From positions 1 to 64,000 of the IMG/VR virus record IMGVR_UViG_3300031857_013780: a stretch of 64,000 nucleotides of DNA; one strand, 5' to 3'. Below the pieces are notes generated by a model. The model saw nothing but the letters and a program-made list of their open reading frames with translations. It had not been told where the DNA came from and searched no databases. This stretch comes from an uncultured virus (IMG/VR IMGVR_UViG_3300031857_013780) (lineage: Duplodnaviria > Heunggongvirae > Uroviricota > Caudoviricetes). Below are positions 19,490-29,167 of this stretch, piece by piece; the first letter of the stretch is position 1; the number at the start of each line of letters is the position of its first letter. A program made the translations under genes and the position numbers.

Positions 19490-20245
19490 TTATTCAAAGA
19501 AAGGCCGAAAAAACTCCACCCCAAACGTAACATTCACAGTAACGTTTTCTCCTGACGGGGCTTGAACTTCTCTTACAAGGTTTAATTTAGGTTGGCATTC
19601 TTCCATGAATCTTCTTAAACTTTTAGAATCAGATATTGGTAAATTTATAATAATTGATCCAATAAACCCCTTATCTTTATTTCCGTCAATATCTACTATT
19701 TGTGTTTCAAGTTTTTTTGTTACAACAGGTGCAATCATTCCTTTAGGGTATTTAGCTGTAAGATTGTCGATTTCTGTTTCTTCTCTCATATTTAACACCT
19801 TAAATCTTACCTTTTTTTGTGTTTTCGGTAATGTGTATATAAAAAGTCCATCTTCATCTGGAATATGTTTTAATTCTTGCATATCAACACTATCTAATAT
19901 AATAGTAGTTTCAAATTCTATTTTAGTTTTAGGGTCCATTAGTTTAAACCTATAGTCGGGACCGAAAGCGGTATTTCTTAAAAATAATAGTATTGCTTGA
20001 ACATCTCCAGGTAATAATAGTTCAACATCAAACCCATGTTCATAAATTTTATTTCTTAAAAGAGTTTTAATTAATTCAGCACCTGTCATGTTTTGAGACA
20101 TAAGAAGGTTTTCATCTTGTGCGGTCAGATAACCAATTTTTAAAGATTCTTTTTTTGGTTTGTAAAAAATACCTCTTGATGGTAATTTAATTACGTCATG
20201 TGGTAAGTTAAAATTTTCTTGACCATATTTTAAAGCGTCGTCCAT
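19490..20245 (-). CDS. T4 gp26-like baseplate hub / tail assembly chaperone
   Basis: LPSRGIFY, LTAQDENLL, GDVQAILLFLRNTAFG, LPKTQKKVRFK and a C-terminal FF.PF; located between tube and tape measure genes. Confidence 0.75.
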   Translation of the reverse strand: MDDALKYGQENFNLPHDVIKLPSRGIFYKPKKESLKIGYLTAQDENLLMSQNMTGAELIKTLLRNKIYEHGFDVELLLPGDVQAILLFLRNTAFGPDYRFKLMDPKTKIEFETTIILDSVDMQELKHIPDEDGLFIYTLPKTQKKVRFKVLNMREETEIDNLTAKYPKGMIAPVVTKKLETQIVDIDGNKDKGFIGSIIINLPISDSKSLRRFMEECQPKLNLVREVQAPSGENVTVNVTFGVEFFRPFFE

Positions 20246-20285
20246 AGTTTTTTATTAAAAAAATAAAACAATCAAACTGTTTGTA

Positions 20286-20315
20286 AATAAAAAACCTCAC
20301 TTTGTTAGTGAGGTT
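20286..20315 (-). terminator. Rho-independent terminator after tail tube gene
   Basis: Minus strand AACCTCACT-AACAA-AGTGAGGTT followed by TTTTATTT. Confidence 0.8.
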
Positions 20316-20339
20316 CATTATAAAATATTTAAAAGTTAA

Positions 20340-20828
20340 TTAATATACTAAAATACATCTGTCAGGTTGTAATTTCATATCAACTCCCATGATATCATCT
20401 CCACCGTAGTTTAGTGAACCAAAGTTTACGCTTGTAATTAAACAACCTTGTAGAATCCACTTTTCAACCGCCACACCTGTTGGGTCTAACAATTCTAAGT
20501 CAAGATCTTTTTTATAACCGGCAGCATATCCCATACGACCCGTTACTGATTCTGCATGTAATCTAACCCATTCCATTGCCGCTTGTGCTGCCGAAGGTCC
20601 GATTGGGTCTCTTAATTTAACACCAATCTCACCCCATGAAAAGTTACTTGAAACGTAAGTTTGTGTGTTTAAGAATTTTATTTCTTTTTTTCCAATTGTT
20701 ATTTGAGGTCTATTGGTAGTTTCAACATACCAAGAATTAATCCCCAAAGAAGATGGGAAAGTCAATATAAACCTATTTGCTCTTTTAGGTTCATACTGAA
20801 AAGGCATTCTCATTAATAAATCAGCCAT
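20340..20828 (-). CDS. Tail tube protein (T4 gp19-like)
   Basis: EPKRANRF, EWVRL, YKKDLDLELLDPTG..EKWILQG motifs; 162 aa; downstream of the sheath gene. Confidence 0.85.
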   Translation of the reverse strand: MADLLMRMPFQYEPKRANRFILTFPSSLGINSWYVETTNRPQITIGKKEIKFLNTQTYVSSNFSWGEIGVKLRDPIGPSAAQAAMEWVRLHAESVTGRMGYAAGYKKDLDLELLDPTGVAVEKWILQGCLITSVNFGSLNYGGDDIMGVDMKLQPDRCILVY

Positions 20829-20934
20829 AGTTATTAGTTTAAATTGTTTTTATTTTTTATTATAAATATTAGTTCGTTATTTTTTTTCTATTTACTTTAA
20901 ATTATTTTTCAAATATTCTCTATATATAGAATTA

Positions 20935-21888
20935 CTAATCATATTTAGTTTTAGTTCCTCCTTTAGTTAAATATAAATTAACTGGACTTTTTTCATATTC
21001 TTTTTTCAAAAATTCAGAAGATGCTTGAATATTTCTTGGATCATCATCTGAAAAACCAATTGAAACGTTTCTAGAAACAAACTCTTCTATGTCTTGTGTT
21101 GGTTCGTTCATATTAACATCATTTTTAAATTTTGGAGAAATGTCTTCTAATTTTTTATTTGGGTTTTTATTTAAAATGTCTTGTACCAAATCTCTTGCTT
21201 GTTGTTTACAATAAATTATAAATTTTTGAAGTGCTTTATTTTTTTCTTCTTCAGGTGATGCTGCGCTGCCGGCACCAAAAGAAACTGGATGAAATTTACA
21301 CATATCTAAGTAATCCATAATAAGTTCTTTATCATCATACTTTAAGTCTCTTACAGTTTCGAACATTCCTTGAGTTTGTAACCCCCTATATTTTTTTAGG
21401 TTCTCCACTAAAACTTTAGAATTTATACCCAAATGATTTGATATAATATAATTTAAAACCGCCTCTTTTAATGTTTCAGGATTATGTCCTCTTGCTGTTA
21501 TAATTGCAAAAATTGACCCCCCATTAATACATTCCACAAAGTCATTCCATGATGGTCCTGGACTTGCAATCATCGAGTCGATTATAAATCTTTTATCCCC
21601 TTCTGTTCTAAAATTTCTAAAGGGATTATTTGCATAACCAACAACAGTAGTTCCTTTATAATTAAAAGGTTCAACACCTATTTGGTGTCTGTGTTCAGCA
21701 AAATCTTCGGTTGACAGTCCAATCTCATCCTCATTTTCTGTTAAAACAATAATTTTAGTTGGCATAAATGCAATATTATCATCCCAATCAAACGCATAAT
21801 AATTTAAATCTGGTCTCCCTTCTTCAGTAATACCTTCATTTAATCTTCGTTTATTAATCTCTCTATATATGTGTTTTCTAATATTCAT
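20935..21888 (-). CDS. HAD-superfamily phosphatase-like protein
   Basis: Motif I AFDWDDNI, motif II IITARGH, motif IV GFSDDD. Confidence 0.6.
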   Translation of the reverse strand: MNIRKHIYREINKRRLNEGITEEGRPDLNYYAFDWDDNIAFMPTKIIVLTENEDEIGLSTEDFAEHRHQIGVEPFNYKGTTVVGYANNPFRNFRTEGDKRFIIDSMIASPGPSWNDFVECINGGSIFAIITARGHNPETLKEAVLNYIISNHLGINSKVLVENLKKYRGLQTQGMFETVRDLKYDDKELIMDYLDMCKFHPVSFGAGSAASPEEEKNKALQKFIIYCKQQARDLVQDILNKNPNKKLEDISPKFKNDVNMNEPTQDIEEFVSRNVSIGFSDDDPRNIQASSEFLKKEYEKSPVNLYLTKGGTKTKYD

Positions 21889-22025
21889 TATTTTTTTACA
21901 ATCAAAAGAAGTTTCTGAAGTTGTTCTTCAGTTATAATAATATTTTGTTTTTTTGATGAAAAAGTTTTTTCAGATCTTGAAAAATCATTAACAGTTTCTT
22001 TGATAATTTTCTTTTCTATTTTCAT
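21888..22025 (-). CDS. Small hypothetical protein (~45 aa)
   Basis: Start moved to MKIEKK because the upstream part of the ORF overlaps a terminator; contains IIITEEQLQKLL. Confidence 0.6.
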   Translation of the reverse strand: MKIEKKIIKETVNDFSRSEKTFSSKKQNIIITEEQLQKLLLIVKK

Positions 22026-22048
22026 ATACTTTTTTTTATAAATATATA

Positions 22049-22074
22049 AATGGGGAATATTTCTATCCCCCATT
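22049..22074 (-). terminator. Hairpin/terminator after the sheath gene
   Basis: Minus strand ATGGGGGATA-GAAA-TATTCCCCAT (GNRA loop) followed by a T/A-rich tract. Confidence 0.7.
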
Positions 22075-22088
22075 AAATTTATTTTCTT

Positions 22089-25000
22089 TTATACGTCATC
22101 GAACGATGCTCCTGTTGGTGTGATAACAAACTCTATGTCTATGTATTCTAACGCTCTTGTTGGTTTCAAGAAGATTTTACCCGTTAAAGTATTTGAATCC
22201 AAATCTTCAGGAGTATTAGAAACAGTAACTCTAAAGTCAATTAAACCTCTATCTCTTCTGATTGAATCCAAGATTGGGTTAACCGCATCTAAGAAATCTT
22301 GTCTCACTTTGTCGTCATTTTGTTCAAATAACAATCTAACCGCAACCGCTGAAATTAACTTTCTTGCTTGTAGTAACAATCTTCTAACGTTAATTCTATC
22401 TAAAGCGGATTCTCTAATTTGTAAAGTTTTATTACCCCAAATAACCGTACCAACATCAGAGAAAGTAGCTATTGGATTAATTCTTCCTTTATATAGTGTA
22501 TCTCTATCTTCTTGAGTTAGTTTCTTTCTTGCTTTAATAGAGTTAACCAAACCTCTTGTGTAACCAGCCGATGCGAACCAAGGGAATGCAATATTATCGG
22601 TTAATGCTAAGTTTTTAGTTACCTCACCTGTTGGTGGAAGATAAATTTGAGTATTATTTACAGAATCTCTTGTCAAAATCCACGGATAGTAAGTTGCTGT
22701 GTAATTTGAATCAATTCCTGTATTCTCTAAATTATCTACCACTTCTTGTGGATAAATTAATCCTTCCGTTAAGTCACTGTATGAAGGTAAGAAAAGATTA
22801 AAGTCAGGTGTTGTACAAATGTAAATTGAGTCAGCCCTATCAGTTTCAACAACATCTATAGCGTTTTCAACAAGATTTGAATTATTAACATAATCAATTC
22901 CTGGTGTAACAAAAACGTTAATGTTAGTTGCTTCAGGATTTGCAAATGATGTTTGACCCCATAGATATGCATAATAGTCAGTATTTGCCCACACTTCTTG
23001 GTTAGGTCCTGTAATTTGTTTAAATGCCCCCCATCCTGTTGCTGTTGGGTATGTGGCAGACGCCGCAGCACCTTTTTTATAACCTGATTGACCTAATTGG
23101 AATCTATCGGTATTGGTTCTACTTTCTCTGTATATATCCCAACCATCAAAACCGCCAGCGGCTAATAATGTAAATTTACGAGTATTTAATCTAAAATATG
23201 CATTATCTGAATCCGTAGGTTCAGAGTTGAAAGAAGAAACCCCAACCTCAAAAGCCGAAGTATTAGCAGACATAAGTACATCAAACATAGTAACTATAGT
23301 TGCTCCACTATCCATGTGGAAACCTTTTGTCTTGTAACCCCATTCTGATCCTGTAGTATCTACCGCAATATTTGAAGGTAATTGTTTTCCTTTATAATTA
23401 AAGAAGTCATAATCTATTCCTGTAATATTAGATATACCTAAATAAGCCCTTCTTGGATTTTCTCCATTTGAGATTACTGGATTATCTCCGCCCGCTGATG
23501 AACCAAATGGTGGGTTATATATTACTTCACCAGGTGTTAAGTATTTAGTTTTATAAATAACAAAAGGAGGGGTTGCAGTTTGGTATTGTCTAGAAATATA
23601 ACCCTCAAATCCACAAGGTAATGCATCGGTTGGGTACTCTTCACTTAACTCAACCATTATGTATTTAGAATTTAGTTGGTATTCTCCATTTGCGGTACCA
23701 ACTTTGTTTGCCACAAAATTATTAAGATTAGGATCCATTGAACAATTTGTGAAACTTTCAATTACTCTAACGTTTTGATCATTATCATAAAAGTCTCTTA
23801 CAAAAATATCAAACGTTCCATTATTAAATGAAATATTCCCAATAGAAATCTTAACAAGTCTGTTAGAGGCATCTCCATCTGAAATAAGTTTGAATTTAAA
23901 TAATTTATAAACTTTGTTACCTCTTAATTCAGAAACAACAAATGGAGTTTCAGGTGTTTGGTATTGTTCTAAATAAAAACCTAAAGTGTCGTTATCTCCA
24001 CTTCTTGCATCATCAATAGCGATAAAGTCACAATACAAACCTCTAACTTTACCGGCCCTATAACCTGATGTTAATAGACTACTGTAAGATTCCTCAACAA
24101 ATAAAGGAACCTCATTTCTATCTTTAGCAAAATTAGACCTACCAAATATTTTAGAAATATATCTACTATCTGTTGAAAGGAGTGAAGTTTCAAAACTAAA
24201 AGTGTCACTATCTTTTGTAATACCTGAAATAACAAATGTACCGTATGGGTCTTTAGTAATTCCTGAATAATTTCCTGAACATACCATAATTGCGTCACTT
24301 GTACCACTAACTTCATAAACAGGACCATCATCTGTTGAATATGTTGATATACCTCTTGATCTTAAAGTTGCAACTACTAAATCGTCATAATCAGAATATG
24401 GTGTACCTGAATAGAATGTTGCATATAATTTACAAGTACCTGTAAATTGTGAGGTAGTTGCGCCTGTGCCAATAGCATCAAGAGCAGCACCAAAACCAAA
24501 ACCATAATAACTTCCAACACTATTAGTTTTAGTATAATCAAATAATGAGTAATACCAAGGGTCGTTAACGTCCGAACTTAAATCTGCATTTGCTAAAATT
24601 ACATTATCAACACCAAAAGTTTCAGTTGTTGCAGAAACAGGAACTCCAAATAATGTAGTACCGGTTACTTGGTTAAACGTTCCTCCACTTACTGTTCCCC
24701 AAAATACTGCGTTACCTACTGTTGCTCCACTACCACCACTTGCAAAATTATTAATTTTATTTGATAAGAAATTTATAAAATCTTGATTTAATGATGAAGT
24801 ACCTCCATTAAATGTTGTATAGTTGTTATAAAATATTGATGATAACAATGATGACGGGTTAGTTACTGTAACATTTGCACTTGAACCTGTTGTACCTGTG
24901 AAAGTTAATGTGTATGATGTGCTAACACCTGTTGCCGCTATTGTTGATGTATCGGGGTTTCCTATCGTTGTAATAGACCAAGATGGTCCCGCATCATAAC

Positions 25001-25301
25001 CCGATAAACCAAGAACTCTTGTTACAAAAAGTTGGTTAGATTGTTGCAAATAAGATTTTGCAATATAAGATGTTTCATATTTAGGAATTTGAGTATTAAC
25101 AAATTTTTCAGGGCTTGTGCCACCGAAATAAACTTGATACTCGTCAAAACTTGTAATGAAGATTGGTTCAAATGCCGGACCTTGTAGTGTTTCACCTACA
25201 ATACCTAATGTTGTTACACCGACACTTTGAGCCACAAAAGTTAAATCTCTTTCTGATGTATAAACACCTGGAGATACAAATACTTTGTTAGTTGAAGCCA
25301 T
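22089..25301 (-). CDS. Tail sheath protein (1,070 aa)
   Basis: N-terminal FVSPGVYTSERD; C-terminal WFASAGYTRG, LYKGRINPI, WGNKTLQ, RINVRRLL and KPTRALEYI. Confidence 0.95.
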   Translation of the reverse strand: MASTNKVFVSPGVYTSERDLTFVAQSVGVTTLGIVGETLQGPAFEPIFITSFDEYQVYFGGTSPEKFVNTQIPKYETSYIAKSYLQQSNQLFVTRVLGLSGYDAGPSWSITTIGNPDTSTIAATGVSTSYTLTFTGTTGSSANVTVTNPSSLLSSIFYNNYTTFNGGTSSLNQDFINFLSNKINNFASGGSGATVGNAVFWGTVSGGTFNQVTGTTLFGVPVSATTETFGVDNVILANADLSSDVNDPWYYSLFDYTKTNSVGSYYGFGFGAALDAIGTGATTSQFTGTCKLYATFYSGTPYSDYDDLVVATLRSRGISTYSTDDGPVYEVSGTSDAIMVCSGNYSGITKDPYGTFVISGITKDSDTFSFETSLLSTDSRYISKIFGRSNFAKDRNEVPLFVEESYSSLLTSGYRAGKVRGLYCDFIAIDDARSGDNDTLGFYLEQYQTPETPFVVSELRGNKVYKLFKFKLISDGDASNRLVKISIGNISFNNGTFDIFVRDFYDNDQNVRVIESFTNCSMDPNLNNFVANKVGTANGEYQLNSKYIMVELSEEYPTDALPCGFEGYISRQYQTATPPFVIYKTKYLTPGEVIYNPPFGSSAGGDNPVISNGENPRRAYLGISNITGIDYDFFNYKGKQLPSNIAVDTTGSEWGYKTKGFHMDSGATIVTMFDVLMSANTSAFEVGVSSFNSEPTDSDNAYFRLNTRKFTLLAAGGFDGWDIYRESRTNTDRFQLGQSGYKKGAAASATYPTATGWGAFKQITGPNQEVWANTDYYAYLWGQTSFANPEATNINVFVTPGIDYVNNSNLVENAIDVVETDRADSIYICTTPDFNLFLPSYSDLTEGLIYPQEVVDNLENTGIDSNYTATYYPWILTRDSVNNTQIYLPPTGEVTKNLALTDNIAFPWFASAGYTRGLVNSIKARKKLTQEDRDTLYKGRINPIATFSDVGTVIWGNKTLQIRESALDRINVRRLLLQARKLISAVAVRLLFEQNDDKVRQDFLDAVNPILDSIRRDRGLIDFRVTVSNTPEDLDSNTLTGKIFLKPTRALEYIDIEFVITPTGASFDDV

Positions 25302-25390
25302 TATTTTACTGTATTTTTAAATTTATTTTTTTATATAAATACAATCATTTAAAGCAAAAAACACTTATAAAATGTAATTATTTAAGATGT

Positions 25391-25419
25391 GGCAGAAATA
25401 ATTCTACCTTTTTTCTGCC
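25391..25419. promoter_or_regulatory. Inverted repeat, candidate operator
   Basis: GGCAGAAA-N13-TTTCTGCC with an internal TTCTACC half-site, in an otherwise AT-rich divergent intergenic region. Confidence 0.5.
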
Positions 25420-25437
25420 CTAATTATTTACTTTATT

Positions 25438-25593
25438 ATGAAAAAAATTAAAAACATTAAAATTTCAGAAGAATCACATAAACTATTAAAAGAGTATTGT
25501 GAAAAAAAAGGATTTAAAGTATATAAGTTTTTAGAAAACTTAATTATAAAAAATTGCCAAAAAGAAAAAGACATTTACGGTGAAGATTTATAA
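25438..25593 (+). CDS. Small ribbon-helix-helix-like DNA-binding protein, missing from the ORF track
   Basis: Manual translation MKKIKNIKISEESHKLLKEYCEKKGFKVYKFLENLIIKNCQKEKDIYGEDL (51 aa): an alternating strand followed by two helices with G at the turn. Confidence 0.65.
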   Translation: MKKIKNIKISEESHKLLKEYCEKKGFKVYKFLENLIIKNCQKEKDIYGEDL

Positions 25594-26817
25594 TAATTTT
25601 ACAACTGTTTTAATAATAGATTCTTTTGTTATATCTTCTTTATAAACTACAATTTTTAAAACGTCTCCATTATTTACTTGTATTAGTGATAAGTTGTCCC
25701 CGTAAAAATTATTATTAATAAAAACAGAATAACCGTTAGCACAAGAATCAATAGCAGTAATTGTACCACCACTTGTGTTTGAAAAGTATGGTTGTGTTGA
25801 TGATTTTACGCAAACAGTACCATAATTTCCAGATACTGTTGGTAGGGTAATGGTTGTACCTGAACAATTAGTATAGATTAAATTGTTATTTGTTATTGAT
25901 GAGTATTCTGCAGAAAAACAGTTAATAATATTTGTGGCACTATCAACTAAGATATCGGCATCGTACCTCATTACCTCAACCAATTCTGTATTTCCTGAAA
26001 CAAATAAAAAATCTAAATCAAAATTATCGGGTCTTGGAGGTTCTATCTTTACTTTTCTACCTCTAGTTCTTGTATCTACTTCAAACATAGAAACTTGTCT
26101 AGATATTGCAGGGGCAATTGTAAATTCTTCTTCATCTAATAAAAACCCCATAAGTGTTAGTTTATAGGTTTGAATATAATATTTTCTTTTTTCTATATCT
26201 TTTGCCGATTCATCGGAAGGATCTTCCATTTTTAATGGCATAAAATGACCTTTGATTTGTGTATACCCCTGTTTAGATGTGAAGGTCTGCATCATTATTT
26301 TATTAAATTCATTCACCTCCCTCATTCTAGAACAAAAAATCTTTACCGAATATGTTATATCAACAGGAACCGGTTGTGGTATTTTATATACATCGGCACC
26401 TTTTCTATCCCCGTCCCAAGTTGGTACAGAATAATAATAAAACTTTAATCTGTCAGGAATGTTTGCCTGACCCCCCCAAATTTTACCGTATTTTACAGTT
26501 GGTTCCCTTACTGTTATAATAAATGGTAATGATACGTTTTTATCTAAATCTTGAAACTCCCACGTTTCAGTAAATTGAGCCCAACTTTGATTTGTTATGA
26601 TTTTATCTACTGTTGGTACTTCTTTGCCATCAATAACTAATTTAAGTTTTTCTTTTACAAAATCTAAAACTCCTCTGTCTAAATCGGCATGTAAAACCCC
26701 TTTAGGTAGAAATGTACCACCGTCAGTCACTTGGTCTAACATTTCTTGTCTTCTTTCTTTACCTACTTTTTTAGGTACAAGTGGTAATGTCTTTTTTATT
26801 TTTTTTGGTAATGCCAT
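25588..26817 (-). CDS. Tail completion / sheath terminator-like protein
   Basis: PQPVPVDITYSVKI segment; located between the head-completion and sheath genes; Ser/Thr/Cys-rich C-terminal addition. Confidence 0.55.
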   Translation of the reverse strand: MALPKKIKKTLPLVPKKVGKERRQEMLDQVTDGGTFLPKGVLHADLDRGVLDFVKEKLKLVIDGKEVPTVDKIITNQSWAQFTETWEFQDLDKNVSLPFIITVREPTVKYGKIWGGQANIPDRLKFYYYSVPTWDGDRKGADVYKIPQPVPVDITYSVKIFCSRMREVNEFNKIMMQTFTSKQGYTQIKGHFMPLKMEDPSDESAKDIEKRKYYIQTYKLTLMGFLLDEEEFTIAPAISRQVSMFEVDTRTRGRKVKIEPPRPDNFDLDFLFVSGNTELVEVMRYDADILVDSATNIINCFSAEYSSITNNNLIYTNCSGTTITLPTVSGNYGTVCVKSSTQPYFSNTSGGTITAIDSCANGYSVFINNNFYGDNLSLIQVNNGDVLKIVVYKEDITKESIIKTVVKLL

Positions 26818-26818
26818 T

Positions 26819-27334
26819 TTATACTCCGTTAAAGGTTTCTTGTGTTGTTGGTGCTGCGATTATTGTTCTATAATATTTTTTATATCCACCATAAGAGTGC
26901 TTCAAATCTGAATTAACTCTACCATCATTTACTACCGTATAGTATCTTACTCTATCTTCTGTTTCATAATAGGCTAAATAATCACCTAAAGATATTTCTA
27001 CAGCAAATTGATCTAAATGTGATTGATAAACACTAAAGGTCATATTTCCTGGTTCTACTTGTGATAATTTAGACGAACCATAGTCTGAATTTGATGGTGA
27101 ATCTATTTTAACTAAACCTCTTAATTCGATAGGTGCTAAAAATTGTATTCCATTTGTTAACGCTTCTCCATAAACATCATCATTATTTGTTTTTTGTCTA
27201 TCTACTCGATATAAAACAACTGTGAAATTCATATCCCCAATTTGCCATTCCATTCCCATATTAATATCTAAATTAAAATCTTCCTCTGAGAAAAACTTAT
27301 TTAATCTTGTAATTGGAACTTTATTCTGTGACAT
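26819..27334 (-). CDS. Head completion / neck protein (gp14-like)
   Basis: VVLYRVD..DDVYGEA and GDYLAY..RYYTV motifs, plus gene context. Confidence 0.55.
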   Translation of the reverse strand: MSQNKVPITRLNKFFSEEDFNLDINMGMEWQIGDMNFTVVLYRVDRQKTNNDDVYGEALTNGIQFLAPIELRGLVKIDSPSNSDYGSSKLSQVEPGNMTFSVYQSHLDQFAVEISLGDYLAYYETEDRVRYYTVVNDGRVNSDLKHSYGGYKKYYRTIIAAPTTQETFNGV

Positions 27335-27392
27335 ATTAATAAATACTTTGATTGATTTTTTTATATTATTTACTATTTTTATTTATAATATA

Positions 27393-29156
27393 ATGGAAGA
27401 ATTAATTTCAAAAACACCTGAAACAAGGGCCCTTCAAATGTTAGATGATTATGTTGGGTCAAATAACTATATCTTGTCATTAAAAAACAAAAAACAAAAT
27501 AGTAAGTCTTTTACCCCCACAAGATCTCAAGCGGAATACATAATTAACTTTCACGGACGAACACCAAAGGTGGCAAAAAAATGGGTCAAGTTAGATTCGT
27601 ATTTTGGAAAAAAAATGATGGAAGATAAGATGTACACTAAAGAACCAACGGAAATATATGTTGAAAAACTTTTGGTGGAGAAGGATAAGTCATACCATAT
27701 ATGGGGTAAAATATTTAGTGGTGAGACCATACATGATTTTTGGATTCCAAAAACTGCACTTATTAAAGATAATGAGGTAAAGAATGTTGTTATTGAATAT
27801 TCAAAATATGACCACAGGGCTCCGATGGATCACCAAAAAGAGGCGATTGAAAAACTTGTTAGAAACAAAAAGTTTATTTTGGCCGATGACATGGGTCTTG
27901 GTAAAACAACCTCAACAATTATTTCGGCACTTGAAACGGGTGCAAAAAAAATATTAATTGTGTGTCCCGCATCTTTAAAAATTAATTGGCAACGCGAAAT
28001 TGAAAATTATTCAGATAGAACTGTTTATATTGCGGAAGGCAAAAAGTTTTCAACTGAATCTGATTTTGTTATAATTAACTACGACATATTAAAAAACTTT
28101 CACGACCCAAAAAAGAAAGACGACTCCATAATTTTAAATTCTAATTTTGATTTAGTTATCATGGATGAGGCACATATGATTTCAAATCCACAAGCACAAA
28201 GAACAAAAATAGTTAACGATTTATGTGATAAAGTTGAAAGGGTTTGGTTATTAACAGGAACCCCAATGACCTCAAGACCAATGAACTACTACAATCTTTT
28301 AAGTTTAGTTGAAAGTCCTGTTGCCGCAAATTGGATGGCTTACGCAAAAAGATACTGTAATGGATTTCAATTTAGTGTTGGTAAAAGAAAGGTATGGAAC
28401 GTTACGGGAGCATCAAACTTAGATGAGTTAAGAGAAAGGACACAAAGCCATATTTTAAGAAGATTAAAAGAAGATGTTTTAGATTTACCAGATAAAATTA
28501 TTACTCCTGTTTATTTAAGGTTAAAATCAAAAGACTATGAAGAATTAATGGGTGAATACTTTAATTGGTATGACAACAACTCAGAAGAGTCTTCATCTTT
28601 AACCATTCAGTTTGGTAAATTAATGAAAGTTAGAAAAGTGATTGCTGAAGAAAAAATTAAAAATACAATTGAATTGGCTGAAAATATTATTGATCAAGGA
28701 AAAAAAGTAATCATATTTACAAACTTTACGGATACGTTACGAACCATTTATGAACATTTTGGAAAACAGGCAGTTTATTTAGACGGGTCTTGTTCAAAAC
28801 CACATCGTCAAAAAGCGGTGGATGATTTTCAAGAAAACGACAAAATAAAAGTTTTTGTTGGTAATTTAAAGGCCGCTGGTGTTGGTATTACTTTAACATC
28901 TGCAGAAGCCGTAATCATGAATGATTTATCTTTTGTCCCCGCAGAACACGCACAAGCAGAAGATAGATCACACAGAATAGGTCAAAAAAACTCAACATCG
29001 GTTTATTATCCATTATTTGAAAACACAATAGAAGGGGTGATTTATGATATTTTAAATAGAAAGAAAAAAATCATATCAACAGTCATGGGTGATGATATTA
29101 TGGAAGATGCATCGACAATTGAAGAAATGTTAAATTTAATTTCTCATAAGAGGTGA
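27393..29156 (+). CDS. SNF2-family (HARP/SMARCAL1-like) helicase/ATPase
   Basis: LADDMGLGKT, VCPASLKINW, DEAH, LTGTP, GVGITLT and QAEDRSHRIGQ. Start moved to ATG 27393 (MEELISK). Confidence 0.92.
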   Translation: MEELISKTPETRALQMLDDYVGSNNYILSLKNKKQNSKSFTPTRSQAEYIINFHGRTPKVAKKWVKLDSYFGKKMMEDKMYTKEPTEIYVEKLLVEKDKSYHIWGKIFSGETIHDFWIPKTALIKDNEVKNVVIEYSKYDHRAPMDHQKEAIEKLVRNKKFILADDMGLGKTTSTIISALETGAKKILIVCPASLKINWQREIENYSDRTVYIAEGKKFSTESDFVIINYDILKNFHDPKKKDDSIILNSNFDLVIMDEAHMISNPQAQRTKIVNDLCDKVERVWLLTGTPMTSRPMNYYNLLSLVESPVAANWMAYAKRYCNGFQFSVGKRKVWNVTGASNLDELRERTQSHILRRLKEDVLDLPDKIITPVYLRLKSKDYEELMGEYFNWYDNNSEESSSLTIQFGKLMKVRKVIAEEKIKNTIELAENIIDQGKKVIIFTNFTDTLRTIYEHFGKQAVYLDGSCSKPHRQKAVDDFQENDKIKVFVGNLKAAGVGITLTSAEAVIMNDLSFVPAEHAQAEDRSHRIGQKNSTSVYYPLFENTIEGVIYDILNRKKKIISTVMGDDIMEDASTIEEMLNLISHKR

Positions 29157-29167
29157 TATTTATTATT

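Noticed and set aside
4855..27334. Bacterial extracellular contractile injection system or tailocin rather than a phage
   Set aside because: Neck/head-completion genes, phage replication genes and a phage-type sigma are interleaved with the tail genes.
27222..27392. Upstream extensions of ORF-track starts (27222; also 11379, 22073, 29153, 52334)
   Set aside because: They overlap neighbouring genes, terminators or promoter motifs; downstream ATGs fit better.
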